Below, in pieces: positions 7,503 to 15,570 of a stretch of DNA of 17,743 nt. A program made the translations under genes and the position numbers. The notes under the pieces were generated by a model. The model was given only the letters and a program-made list of their open reading frames with translations, had not been told where the DNA came from and made no database searches. Numbering within the stretch: the first letter of the stretch is position 1; every line of letters begins with the position of its first letter. This stretch comes from an uncultured bacterium (GTDB lineage Bacteria > Zixibacteria > MSB-5A5 > JAABVY01 > JAHJOQ01), in the NCBI GenBank assembly GCA_965369655.1, contig CBDUQR010000051.1, forward strand, positions 1 to 17,743, read 5' to 3'.

Positions 7503-10500
7503 TTAGTAGAAGTCAAGCTGCTCTACCTCGGTGAATACAGCCATCTTGCCATACTTCGTACCGATCTCCGATTCAGCCAGCCATACGTAAATGCCGGAAG
7601 CCACGTAGAGCGCGTTATCAGTTCTCACATCCCAGATCAACTCAGAACTCTCACCTGCCGGATGCACCAACGTACGGACATGATCTCCGGCAAGATTGAA
7701 AATCCTGATCGTCGTTTCGACACCAGGCGGCAACTGAGTGAACTTTATAGCTCTGCTGAACTGATCACCTTCCCAATCCGCGTAGTTGTAATACGGATTG
7801 GGAACTACCAGAATGTTCTCCATGGTCCTGGCAACAACCGTACCATCATCCTCACCGATTCTCGGAGCCGAGAAACGGAAGACATCGGCAGGAGTGTTCG
7901 CCTTGTTTGAGATGAAGAGCATCGAATCGCCTTTGGTCCAGCCCTCATGCACGCCGTCGGGAGCCCATCCGTAAATCCTGTAATCCCAATCGTGGCGGGA
8001 AATTGGATTTTCCGTATCATAGCCGTAATACTCTGGATCTCCATCGTGATACGAGTACGAGAAGAAGTCGTTGCCGTAGATATTGGCGTCAGTCCCGCTA
8101 ATATCCTTCGTGAGAAACATGAAGTAGTCGTCGTTGTACCAGCGATAGTCACCGTAGAAATCGTAGAACAGAGGCCAGAGACGAACATCATCGTCGGGAC
8201 TGTCAATATCATCTCCGAGGTCATAGATAGCGAATGGAATCGAGAACTTAAAGAGTTCTTCATCTGCTGCGTTCGCCCAATCATCCCATCCTGTATTATA
8301 TCCCCAGATTGTATCACCATTGTCGTCGAGATACCTGATGGTTGTATATTCATCGCCATCATACTCCATCACAGGTCCCGGAACGGTATCTCCCGGCCCC
8401 GCAAGGAACTTAACGACAAAATCGCGGAAATTGGCGTTGTTACCGGCGTTGCGTCCCCCCATGTAGGCCTGATCGCCGTAGGAACTGAATTCGCCTTCCT
8501 CGTCTGCATAGACTGCATCGACCTGTTTGAAGCCGGGGGCTGGTCCAACAGTCCGAACCATCATGCCGTTGACAATCGGATAGGTGAAATCACCTGACTG
8601 ATTCCCTTGGCTCTCAAGAACCATAACATTGCTGGTCAGATCTTTCAGATTCCAACTGAAATCCGTGTTAAAGTTGACTTCATAGTCATGGCCTGTCAAA
8701 GAATCCTGAATCAGATACTCAACTTCGACGTATCCATCAGAGGAACCTGCTACGCGAAGACCATCCCTCGCCAGAGTCGCACCTGAACCCCACGGGGACA
8801 CAGTAATCGGCCTGATCTTGCTTTCGAGATTATATGAAAGCAAACCGGCGAAGTTTGGCCCGAAGAAGACGGAATCCTCAGGATATACCTGTTGGGCATT
8901 GACGCTGTAAGACGTAACGCCGAAGTAATACGGACGATACGCTTCCAGCGGATTACCTGACTCCGGATCACGAGTGATGTTGATCTGGTACCGCGTTCCG
9001 CCGTTCGAGCCTTCCTGAGCAATCACTCGCTCTTTGGCAACATCTCCGTACAGCAGAGCGTAATCCCAGATTCGATCGGTTCTTGGTTTCACAAGAGTGT
9101 CGCAGTCCCATACTCCGTTCAGACTATCCCAATCGCAGTCAACATACTCATTGATTGCAGACTCGTATGCAGATTGCGACTGTCCAGCAGTGTAGTCATA
9201 CGTGGCAATCTTGGTCCAGGGACCGGACGCCGACTTGCCCATGTACACGTTGTAGCCCTCGAAAATGTAGAGCTGACCGAGTTTGGTGCGGAAATCCTCG
9301 AGGTAGTTGTCAGAACCCTCAGGATCATCCTCCCAAACCAACTCAACATAGTTCTCGAACCCACGTGCATAGATAGTAGGATTCGGCGGGGGCAGCGGGA
9401 TCACGAAATTCAGGTCATACACCACCTGAGCAGCACGGTCGATCTCTTTCAGCACCGTGATGCTGTTCAGCGGGGTGTCACCCTGAGCAGCCAGAGCGGC
9501 AGCAACTACCACCTGAGTGTCGCCCGGTTCCATCGTGAACGGTCCGGTTGTCATCATCCAGCGACGGTCAGCAGAAGCAGCATCAATCCAGCCCTCGCCT
9601 GTCACCGGATCTCCGGGAAGGAAGAACATGGTCTCCTCACCCGTCGTCGGATCGACCACTGGAGTGCCATTGCGATTGAGGCCTCTCATGTAATTGTAAC
9701 ACTCGATGGGCGTCTGCGGGTCCGTGCCGTTGATATACTTATTGAACGACGTCATGCCGAGCTGTTTGAAGTCCGGCACCGGTCCTGTCGGTAGGAATGC
9801 AGTGTCACCCGGCGACGCGATCAGCGGACCCTGGAAGAAGTCGAATCCGACCGCAGGTGCGGCGGCGCCATAGTCCGTATCGGTGCCATCATTATAGGCA
9901 TATCCAAGTGAAAGAGCTGTGTCGCAGCCCACGAAGTCGTCGCCGGCATCACCAACATCCGGATCCGCCCACAGTGAGATGAAGGTCGAATCGAGTGTGT
10001 TGTTACCCTTGTTGATGATCGTGTACTTCATGAAGATTACATTGTCGAGGGGACCCTTGGCTGCGAAGCCGAAGGTCGATTGCTGAATCTCGACTCCGAG
10101 CGTCCTGGTCTCCATATTCACATGACCTTCGGGAGAAGCGTCATTGTAAACAGACCAGCACATCTGGTTGCCGAGCATAGCTGGCACCCGTTCGCCATCG
10201 ACCCACTCGCCCGGGGCGCCATCGTCGTACGGCCAGTCGGCACGATCTCTGGAATCGTCATACGGGGTCTTGCCGTCGAGTTCGGTGCCATCACCGATTT
10301 TGTAGACTCTGAAGCTGCCCTTATCAGGCTGCGCCTCGCCGTCCAGCATCGGTCCCGGAACGAATTCGGCTGAATACTCCGCGATCGCGACGCGAATCTC
10401 ATCATTGACCTTCGCGCCGACCCAGATGCCTGCAGCATAGATAACGGTCCTGTTGTCCTTCTCCGAAGCGAACGGGAAGTAGAATCCGTCAATCTTGCCA

Positions 10501-10709
10501 ATGACTTCTGCGTCATCGTATCCGAAATTGCCGTTATTGTACACGACACAAAGAATGCTGTTGATCCACAGATGGGTTGATGTATCAAGGATCAGCGACA
10601 TTCCCGGACTGCCGTTGTACTTACCTCCCGAGTTCCAGTTTATTCCCCAGGCTACTGCCGTCATCACGAGCAGGATCACCAGGAAGATCACAAGTCGTTT
10701 TGCTATCAT
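7503..10709 (-). CDS. Large secreted surface protein with C-terminal T9SS type-A/FlgD-Ig-like sorting domain
   Basis: 1068 aa; RBS AGGAGG; signal peptide; N-domain (IYAAGIWVG, WADPDVG, GFDFFQGP, GPFTMEPGDTQ); PPP linker and FN3-like segment; C-terminal VVPNPY...IRIFNLAGDHVRTL...WD...VASGIY. Confidence 0.8.
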   Translation of the reverse strand: MIAKRLVIFLVILLVMTAVAWGINWNSGGKYNGSPGMSLILDTSTHLWINSILCVVYNNGNFGYDDAEVIGKIDGFYFPFASEKDNRTVIYAAGIWVGAKVNDEIRVAIAEYSAEFVPGPMLDGEAQPDKGSFRVYKIGDGTELDGKTPYDDSRDRADWPYDDGAPGEWVDGERVPAMLGNQMCWSVYNDASPEGHVNMETRTLGVEIQQSTFGFAAKGPLDNVIFMKYTIINKGNNTLDSTFISLWADPDVGDAGDDFVGCDTALSLGYAYNDGTDTDYGAAAPAVGFDFFQGPLIASPGDTAFLPTGPVPDFKQLGMTSFNKYINGTDPQTPIECYNYMRGLNRNGTPVVDPTTGEETMFFLPGDPVTGEGWIDAASADRRWMMTTGPFTMEPGDTQVVVAAALAAQGDTPLNSITVLKEIDRAAQVVYDLNFVIPLPPPNPTIYARGFENYVELVWEDDPEGSDNYLEDFRTKLGQLYIFEGYNVYMGKSASGPWTKIATYDYTAGQSQSAYESAINEYVDCDWDSLNGVWDCDTLVKPRTDRIWDYALLYGDVAKERVIAQEGSNGGTRYQINITRDPESGNPLEAYRPYYFGVTSYSVNAQQVYPEDSVFFGPNFAGLLSYNLESKIRPITVSPWGSGATLARDGLRVAGSSDGYVEVEYLIQDSLTGHDYEVNFNTDFSWNLKDLTSNVMVLESQGNQSGDFTYPIVNGMMVRTVGPAPGFKQVDAVYADEEGEFSSYGDQAYMGGRNAGNNANFRDFVVKFLAGPGDTVPGPVMEYDGDEYTTIRYLDDNGDTIWGYNTGWDDWANAADEELFKFSIPFAIYDLGDDIDSPDDDVRLWPLFYDFYGDYRWYNDDYFMFLTKDISGTDANIYGNDFFSYSYHDGDPEYYGYDTENPISRHDWDYRIYGWAPDGVHEGWTKGDSMLFISNKANTPADVFRFSAPRIGEDDGTVVARTMENILVVPNPYYNYADWEGDQFSRAIKFTQLPPGVETTIRIFNLAGDHVRTLVHPAGESSELIWDVRTDNALYVASGIYVWLAESEIGTKYGKMAVFTEVEQLDFY

Positions 10710-10738
10710 GGTTTCCTCCTATGTCGCATTTACCATTA

Positions 10739-13624
10739 TCAGAAACTCAGACGCAGACCGAAGCGAATCAGCCTCGGTATGTCATAATTGAGCGGCGTCT
10801 GCTGCTTCATCTGGTAAAGCTCTTCTCCTGTGTATCCAAACTCATTCGGTTCACTGTAGTTCCCGATGAACCCCTGGCCTGCCGGTGTGGCGAGCCAGCC
10901 GGTTTCATCAGGCTTGCCTGTGCCTTCGTAAACATCAAGTACATTGTCACGATTAAACACGTTGAGTACCCAGAGGTACGCATCGAAATTCAGATCGTAG
11001 AGAGTGAATGCCCGGCTCAACTTCAGATCGACTCGGTATGTCCAGGGACCATATCTCGAGTTAACCGTAGACAACGGGCTGGGTGAAACAGAGGCCAGCG
11101 TGACCTCATTGAACACCTTGGACGGCGTATATGGCGTCCCTGATCCGACGTTGACCACGACGTTGAGACCCATATTCTCAAGCGGGAATGCATCTCCCAA
11201 CTTTGGACCTTCACCCTTCGTGGAACGGATATCTATCACGCCCGTGAACTTGTGCCGTTGATCGAAATCGAGTGGCGACACATTGACCGGACGATCTGAG
11301 CCAACCCAGGCGATGTTGCTCTGCGTCGTTGCGTAGGAACCAGTACCGGAGGCGTAAGCAAGCGTATAGCTCAGATCGAGAGCTATGTTTCTCGTGCGGC
11401 GCATCTTGAGGTTTGTCTCCACGCCCTTGACCGTACCGTAGTCACGATTGCGGTATGTGGGATAACCCTTCGGCAGCGACGGCAATCTGAGAACTTCTGT
11501 CTGATTCCGCACATCCTTGTAGTATGCAGTAACATCCAGTCTGGTGTTCTCACCCAGGCGGTGAGTGAAACCGACCTCGTATGCCGTCGTTTCCTCCGGT
11601 TCGAGGTTTGGATTCCCGACCGGGTAGTAGTACGGCGCAACCTTAGTCATGTACTCCAGGTAGTCGTAGGAAACATACAAATACTGCAGTTCCGGACGCT
11701 GGAAGAACTTACCATACGAGAACCTGAAATGGGTTCTGTCTGACACGGGATAGGCCACACCAAGACGCGGTGAGATTTGCTTCTCAGCCTCGGCGTCTTC
11801 GAGATCATCCTCAGTCAACCGCTGACCTTCGAGGATTTCCTCATCGCTCGCATCAGGATCATAACCCTTCAGATCCGGATCCAGCGGGAAGTACTCGTTC
11901 CTGAGCATGAGCGTGTTCGCATTGAAATAATCGAATCTGAGTCCGGCGTTGACGATCAGACCTTCCCACTCGAACTTATCCTGGAAATACAGGGCGAATT
12001 CGTACGGGTTCTTGGCCGCGTTCCAGCCATCATCGAGCTCATCCTGGCCGGTGAAATCATACCCGTAGTTGTTGACATCTGACCAGGCCTGTGGGCTGAT
12101 GACCCATGTCGAGTCGGTCTTGTCCTCGTTGAATTCCCACTGGCGATAGACCTTGTGCGGGACAAGGTGATTGTAGTAGCGTAGGGTATGGCGCAGGTAT
12201 TCAGCGCCCACCTTGATCTCGTTAGACGCATTCACCTGGCTCGTCATGTCGAACTTTGCGCCATAGTAGGACGACTTACGGTGCAGATAATCATCGTACA
12301 CGTAGCTCTCGTCCTGTTCCGTGGTATCGATATCCCAGGGTCGGTAAAGACTTGTCTCTTCAAACCTGAGATTACCACCCGGACGACCGTAGGCAAACAG
12401 GTCATCCCATGCCACACCGTCGCCGCGTTCGCGCTCTGTCACGAAGTGGTTGGCGGAGACTTCGTAGAACGTGCTCTTGGAGACACTGTGCGTCAGCTTG
12501 AGATACATGGAGTTGTTCTTATCCTCATACCTCGGCATGTGATCCTGATTGAATATGTACGATCGGACATACTGCTGCCACTTGTCGATCGAACCGAGAA
12601 TGCCAAATCTTACGGTAGCCTGCGGCGCGACATCGTACCGCAGTTTGCCCTGCCAGGTGTAACCATCGAGGTGGTTGTTCGGCAGAATCCCGTCGGCGGT
12701 CGCTTTCGGATTCCTGTCAGCCTGCCAGCGTCTTTCTCCCGACAGGTAGAACGACAAATCCGAAAAGTCCGGCGCCAGTGGTCCGGAAACGTCGAAAGCA
12801 TAGATATTATAATCGTAGCTCTCGCCGTGGAAATTGTCCGTGACCACTTCGAAATTGCCGCTGTAGTTCTTCGCGCCTTCCTTCGTAGTCACATTGATAA
12901 TACCGGCGGAAACTTTGCCGTATTCGGCGTTGAAACCACCTGTGGTAATCTGAATTTCCTCGATGGCATTGTTGTTGATCGCAGTAGTGGAAATCCCTGT
13001 GAGCGGATCCTGCTGCGAGAAACCATCGACGTAGTAGGCAACATCCGACTGACGGCCACCACGAATGTTCATGGCGGGTGAGTTTGTCGCCTCACGTCCA
13101 CCTCGCTGCCGGGCGCCCGGGTTTTCACTGAATGCCACAACGCCTGAGTTCAACCCAACGACATCCTGATAACCACGCGTCGGAAGGTGCTGAATCTCCT
13201 CTTTGCTGACGATCGTCAGCGTAGCGGTCTGGTCCTGCTGAATCAGCGGACGCTCAGCCCTGACTACGACCACCTCGCCGGTCTCGACCGTGAGCGGTGT
13301 CAGATCGAAGTCGTAGATCGTGGTCAAATCGATCGACACACGAATGTTCTCGACCTCAATCGAACCATAACCGACCAGTTGGGCCTTTACTGTGTAGGTG
13401 CCGACAGGGACATTCAGGATAACGTACGCCCCGTCTGCATTCGTCAGCGATCCGATTGTCGTTCCTTCGATAGACACGGCAGCACCTGGGACCGGTCCGC
13501 CCGTTGTCTTGTCCTTGATCACTCCCGATATCTTGCCGGTAGTACCCCCAAGCAGTATCGAAGCGGAGAACATGACAACGACGAGGAACGCCATCGGGAT
13601 GATAAGCAGTTTGCTTTTGCTCAA
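10739..13624 (-). CDS. TonB-dependent receptor with N-terminal carboxypeptidase-regulatory-like domain
   Basis: GTTGKISG domain; plug NIRGGR...YYVDG and TGGFNAEYG...GIINVTTKEG; NAGLRFDYF, SPRLGVAYP, GNPNLEPEETTAYEVG; terminal LRLSF. Likely start TTG 13624 (GAGGAGGG 7 nt upstream); in-frame GTG/ATG at 13690/13687 is an alternative. Confidence 0.9.
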   Translation of the reverse strand: MSKSKLLIIPMAFLVVVMFSASILLGGTTGKISGVIKDKTTGGPVPGAAVSIEGTTIGSLTNADGAYVILNVPVGTYTVKAQLVGYGSIEVENIRVSIDLTTIYDFDLTPLTVETGEVVVVRAERPLIQQDQTATLTIVSKEEIQHLPTRGYQDVVGLNSGVVAFSENPGARQRGGREATNSPAMNIRGGRQSDVAYYVDGFSQQDPLTGISTTAINNNAIEEIQITTGGFNAEYGKVSAGIINVTTKEGAKNYSGNFEVVTDNFHGESYDYNIYAFDVSGPLAPDFSDLSFYLSGERRWQADRNPKATADGILPNNHLDGYTWQGKLRYDVAPQATVRFGILGSIDKWQQYVRSYIFNQDHMPRYEDKNNSMYLKLTHSVSKSTFYEVSANHFVTERERGDGVAWDDLFAYGRPGGNLRFEETSLYRPWDIDTTEQDESYVYDDYLHRKSSYYGAKFDMTSQVNASNEIKVGAEYLRHTLRYYNHLVPHKVYRQWEFNEDKTDSTWVISPQAWSDVNNYGYDFTGQDELDDGWNAAKNPYEFALYFQDKFEWEGLIVNAGLRFDYFNANTLMLRNEYFPLDPDLKGYDPDASDEEILEGQRLTEDDLEDAEAEKQISPRLGVAYPVSDRTHFRFSYGKFFQRPELQYLYVSYDYLEYMTKVAPYYYPVGNPNLEPEETTAYEVGFTHRLGENTRLDVTAYYKDVRNQTEVLRLPSLPKGYPTYRNRDYGTVKGVETNLKMRRTRNIALDLSYTLAYASGTGSYATTQSNIAWVGSDRPVNVSPLDFDQRHKFTGVIDIRSTKGEGPKLGDAFPLENMGLNVVVNVGSGTPYTPSKVFNEVTLASVSPSPLSTVNSRYGPWTYRVDLKLSRAFTLYDLNFDAYLWVLNVFNRDNVLDVYEGTGKPDETGWLATPAGQGFIGNYSEPNEFGYTGEELYQMKQQTPLNYDIPRLIRFGLRLSF

Positions 13625-13864
13625 GTCAATCCCTCCTCTTGAGTGTTTCTCAATCCTAATTCTGTAGCTTTTGGATTTACTGGTCATCACCTCCTCATGA
13701 TTCGTTAGAGTGAATAAGCTTTATTCTATCTTTCTATCCACATTATCGCACTGAGTATATGCAGACTGAGCGAAGAGTACAAGTTGCCGGTCGATGTTGA
13801 AAAATGTCAAGCCACTCCACAGCCAAGAGCCTGCAACACACAAAAATGCTCTTATCTGCAAACA

Positions 13865-13892
13865 ATTCTAAAGAATCCCGGAATCACGTCAA
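13865..13892 (-). promoter_or_regulatory. Putative sigma70 promoter of the TBDR operon
   Basis: Minus strand TTGACG-N16-TAGAAT, about 240 nt upstream of the TTG start. Confidence 0.5.
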
Positions 13893-14105
13893 CAAAAACT
13901 AACAGATTTTCTGCCGTCGGCAGACGCTTAAGTTCTTGAGTGTCCATAACTTTGAAGATCGGCAGAAGTGTGCATTTCTTGAACATTCAAAATATCCCGC
14001 AATAAACGCCCGGATCGATGCAGGTACGGCTATGCGTCAGCATGTGGAGTAATCGTGAGGCTATCCCACAAATACCCGTTCCGGCAGTTGTGACTGCCGC
14101 TGAAA

Positions 14106-14373
14106 GGGCATGTTGAAAAAGGTAATAAGCATGGGATTCCAGGCGATCGTTAGATCTCGCTGTCATTGCGAGCGACCGTCGGTCGCCGATCCCGTCATTG
14201 ACCCCGATCTTCTCCCTCCGGGATCCCGTGGGAGAGGGGATCCCCGAGGGACAGGGAGCGTGGCAATCTCATGTTTGGTATCACATTGCATGAACTGAGA
14301 TCACCACGTCGCTGTCGCTCCTCGTGATGACGACAACACAGACCCGCACCTAAATGGGTTTCTCAACAAGCTC
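14106..14373. mobile_element. Non-autonomous MITE-like element with IS-type terminal inverted repeats
   Basis: Left end GGGCATGTTGAAAAA matches the reverse complement of the right end (GAGCTTGTTGAGAAA) at 12/15; flanks GAAA and GAAG may be an imperfect target duplication; no transposase. Confidence 0.55.
14161..14331. repeat. REP-like long palindromic repeat with nested short palindromes
   Basis: Arms GTCATTGCGAG / CTCGTGATGAC and CGTGGCAATCTCA / TGAGATCACCACG, whose mismatches are G-U compatible or single; internal palindromes GCGACCG-T-CGGTCGC, CGGGATCCCG and GGGGATCCCC. Confidence 0.75.
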
Positions 14374-14512
14374 GAAGGCGGGCGTGTGAACTGTCGGCTA
14401 TGGAATTCGTGTCAGGCATCAGTCTGCAAAAGATCGATTTGACATCATGAGTTGTTCTGGACTCTTACTTTTATTCGGCACGAATTATCGTGCGATTCGC
14501 TCGCCGGTTTAT

Positions 14513-14540
14513 TATAATTGGCGCAACTTAGTGGTATGAT
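14513..14540 (+). promoter_or_regulatory. Candidate -10 elements for the rightward operon
   Basis: TATAAT at 14513-14518 and extended -10 TGgTATGAT at 14532-14540; no well-spaced -35 found. Confidence 0.3.
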
Positions 14541-14656
14541 TTGGTGTACTCTAAGGAACACTGACACGATTTGTTAGTCAAGATCGCCTGAGATAACGAC
14601 ACAGTGATGATAACAAGCAACAATCATAACAGAGACACAGCCATGGAGGTACGAAA

Positions 14657-15436
14657 GTGAAGAAAGCAACTCTGATTCTGATGGTCCTCTTCCTTGCGGC
14701 GTCTTTCACTAATGTCTTCGCCCTCACGGTGGACGAAGTCATCGAGAAGAACATCGAGGCGAAGGGTGGACGGGAGAAGCTTGAAGCCGTCAAGTCAATG
14801 AAGACAACCGGCAAACTGTTCGCAATGGGGGGAATGGAAGCCCCATTCACGATGTATAACAAACGGCCGGATCACTACAGATTCGAAGCCACAATTCAGG
14901 GCATGAGCATGGTGCAGGCCTACGATGGTGAGACAGCATGGAGCATCATGCCATTTGGCGGCAGCACCGAACCGCAGAAAATACCTGATATGCAGGCTCA
15001 GTCCACCAAACAGCAGGCTGACATGGACGGCTTCCTTCTGAATTACAAAGAACGTGGTTACAAAGTGGAGTTAGTCGGAAAAGAGGAAGTGGAAGGAACC
15101 GAAGTCTATCATCTCAAGCTCACCAATCTTGGTATGCTTGAAGGAATGACGATCGATATATATCTCGATGCCGAGCATTTCATTGAAATCAAACAGTCAA
15201 TGAAAGGTTCATTCGAAGAACAAGCCTTTGAAGTCGATACGTACATGGGTGATTATAAAGAAGTCGAAGGCATGATGATGGCGCATTCTATCGACGTAAA
15301 GATGGGTGGCCAAACTGTCTCCACGCTTGTATTGGAAAAAATCGAAATCAACGCGGAAATCGATGACTCTATCTTCACAATGCCGGTGAAAGAAGAGAAG
15401 AAAGCCCCTGAGAAGAAGGAGTCGGAAGACAAATAA
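14657..15436 (+). CDS. LolA-like outer membrane lipoprotein-sorting protein
   Basis: GTG after GGAGG; signal peptide; TVDEVIEKNIEAKGG, QAYDGETAW, LVGKEEVEGTEVYHLKL, DYKEVEG and EINAEIDDSIFTMP motifs. Confidence 0.72.
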   Translation: MKKATLILMVLFLAASFTNVFALTVDEVIEKNIEAKGGREKLEAVKSMKTTGKLFAMGGMEAPFTMYNKRPDHYRFEATIQGMSMVQAYDGETAWSIMPFGGSTEPQKIPDMQAQSTKQQADMDGFLLNYKERGYKVELVGKEEVEGTEVYHLKLTNLGMLEGMTIDIYLDAEHFIEIKQSMKGSFEEQAFEVDTYMGDYKEVEGMMMAHSIDVKMGGQTVSTLVLEKIEINAEIDDSIFTMPVKEEKKAPEKKESEDK

Positions 15437-15570
15437 ACACCCCTGGCGCTGAATCCTGCCGTCAGTGCGGTGACAGTTGAGACCGACCGGTGTGATTGGA
15501 TCGGCGTCAGCCATTCCATAACCAAGGGCCGGAATCGTAACTATCCGGATCAATAACCGGGAGATGTGTG

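Noticed and set aside
1350-13642. Long plus-strand ORFs (e.g. 1350-2138, 4968-5636, 7947-8597, 12188-13081)
   Set aside because: Antisense shadows of well-supported minus-strand genes, with no recognisable motifs.
14110-14298. 62-aa ORF containing CHCERPS
   Set aside because: It is the translation of the palindromic repeat; no independent coding evidence.
14145-14302. Link between RGATCY sites in the repeat and the BglII/BstYI-family gene
   Set aside because: GATC-containing sites are common across the window and the enzyme's specificity cannot be read from sequence.
14161-14331. CRISPR array or riboswitch
   Set aside because: No regularly spaced direct repeats; GTGACTGCCG at 14090 only superficially resembles the ZTP motif and lacks the remaining elements.
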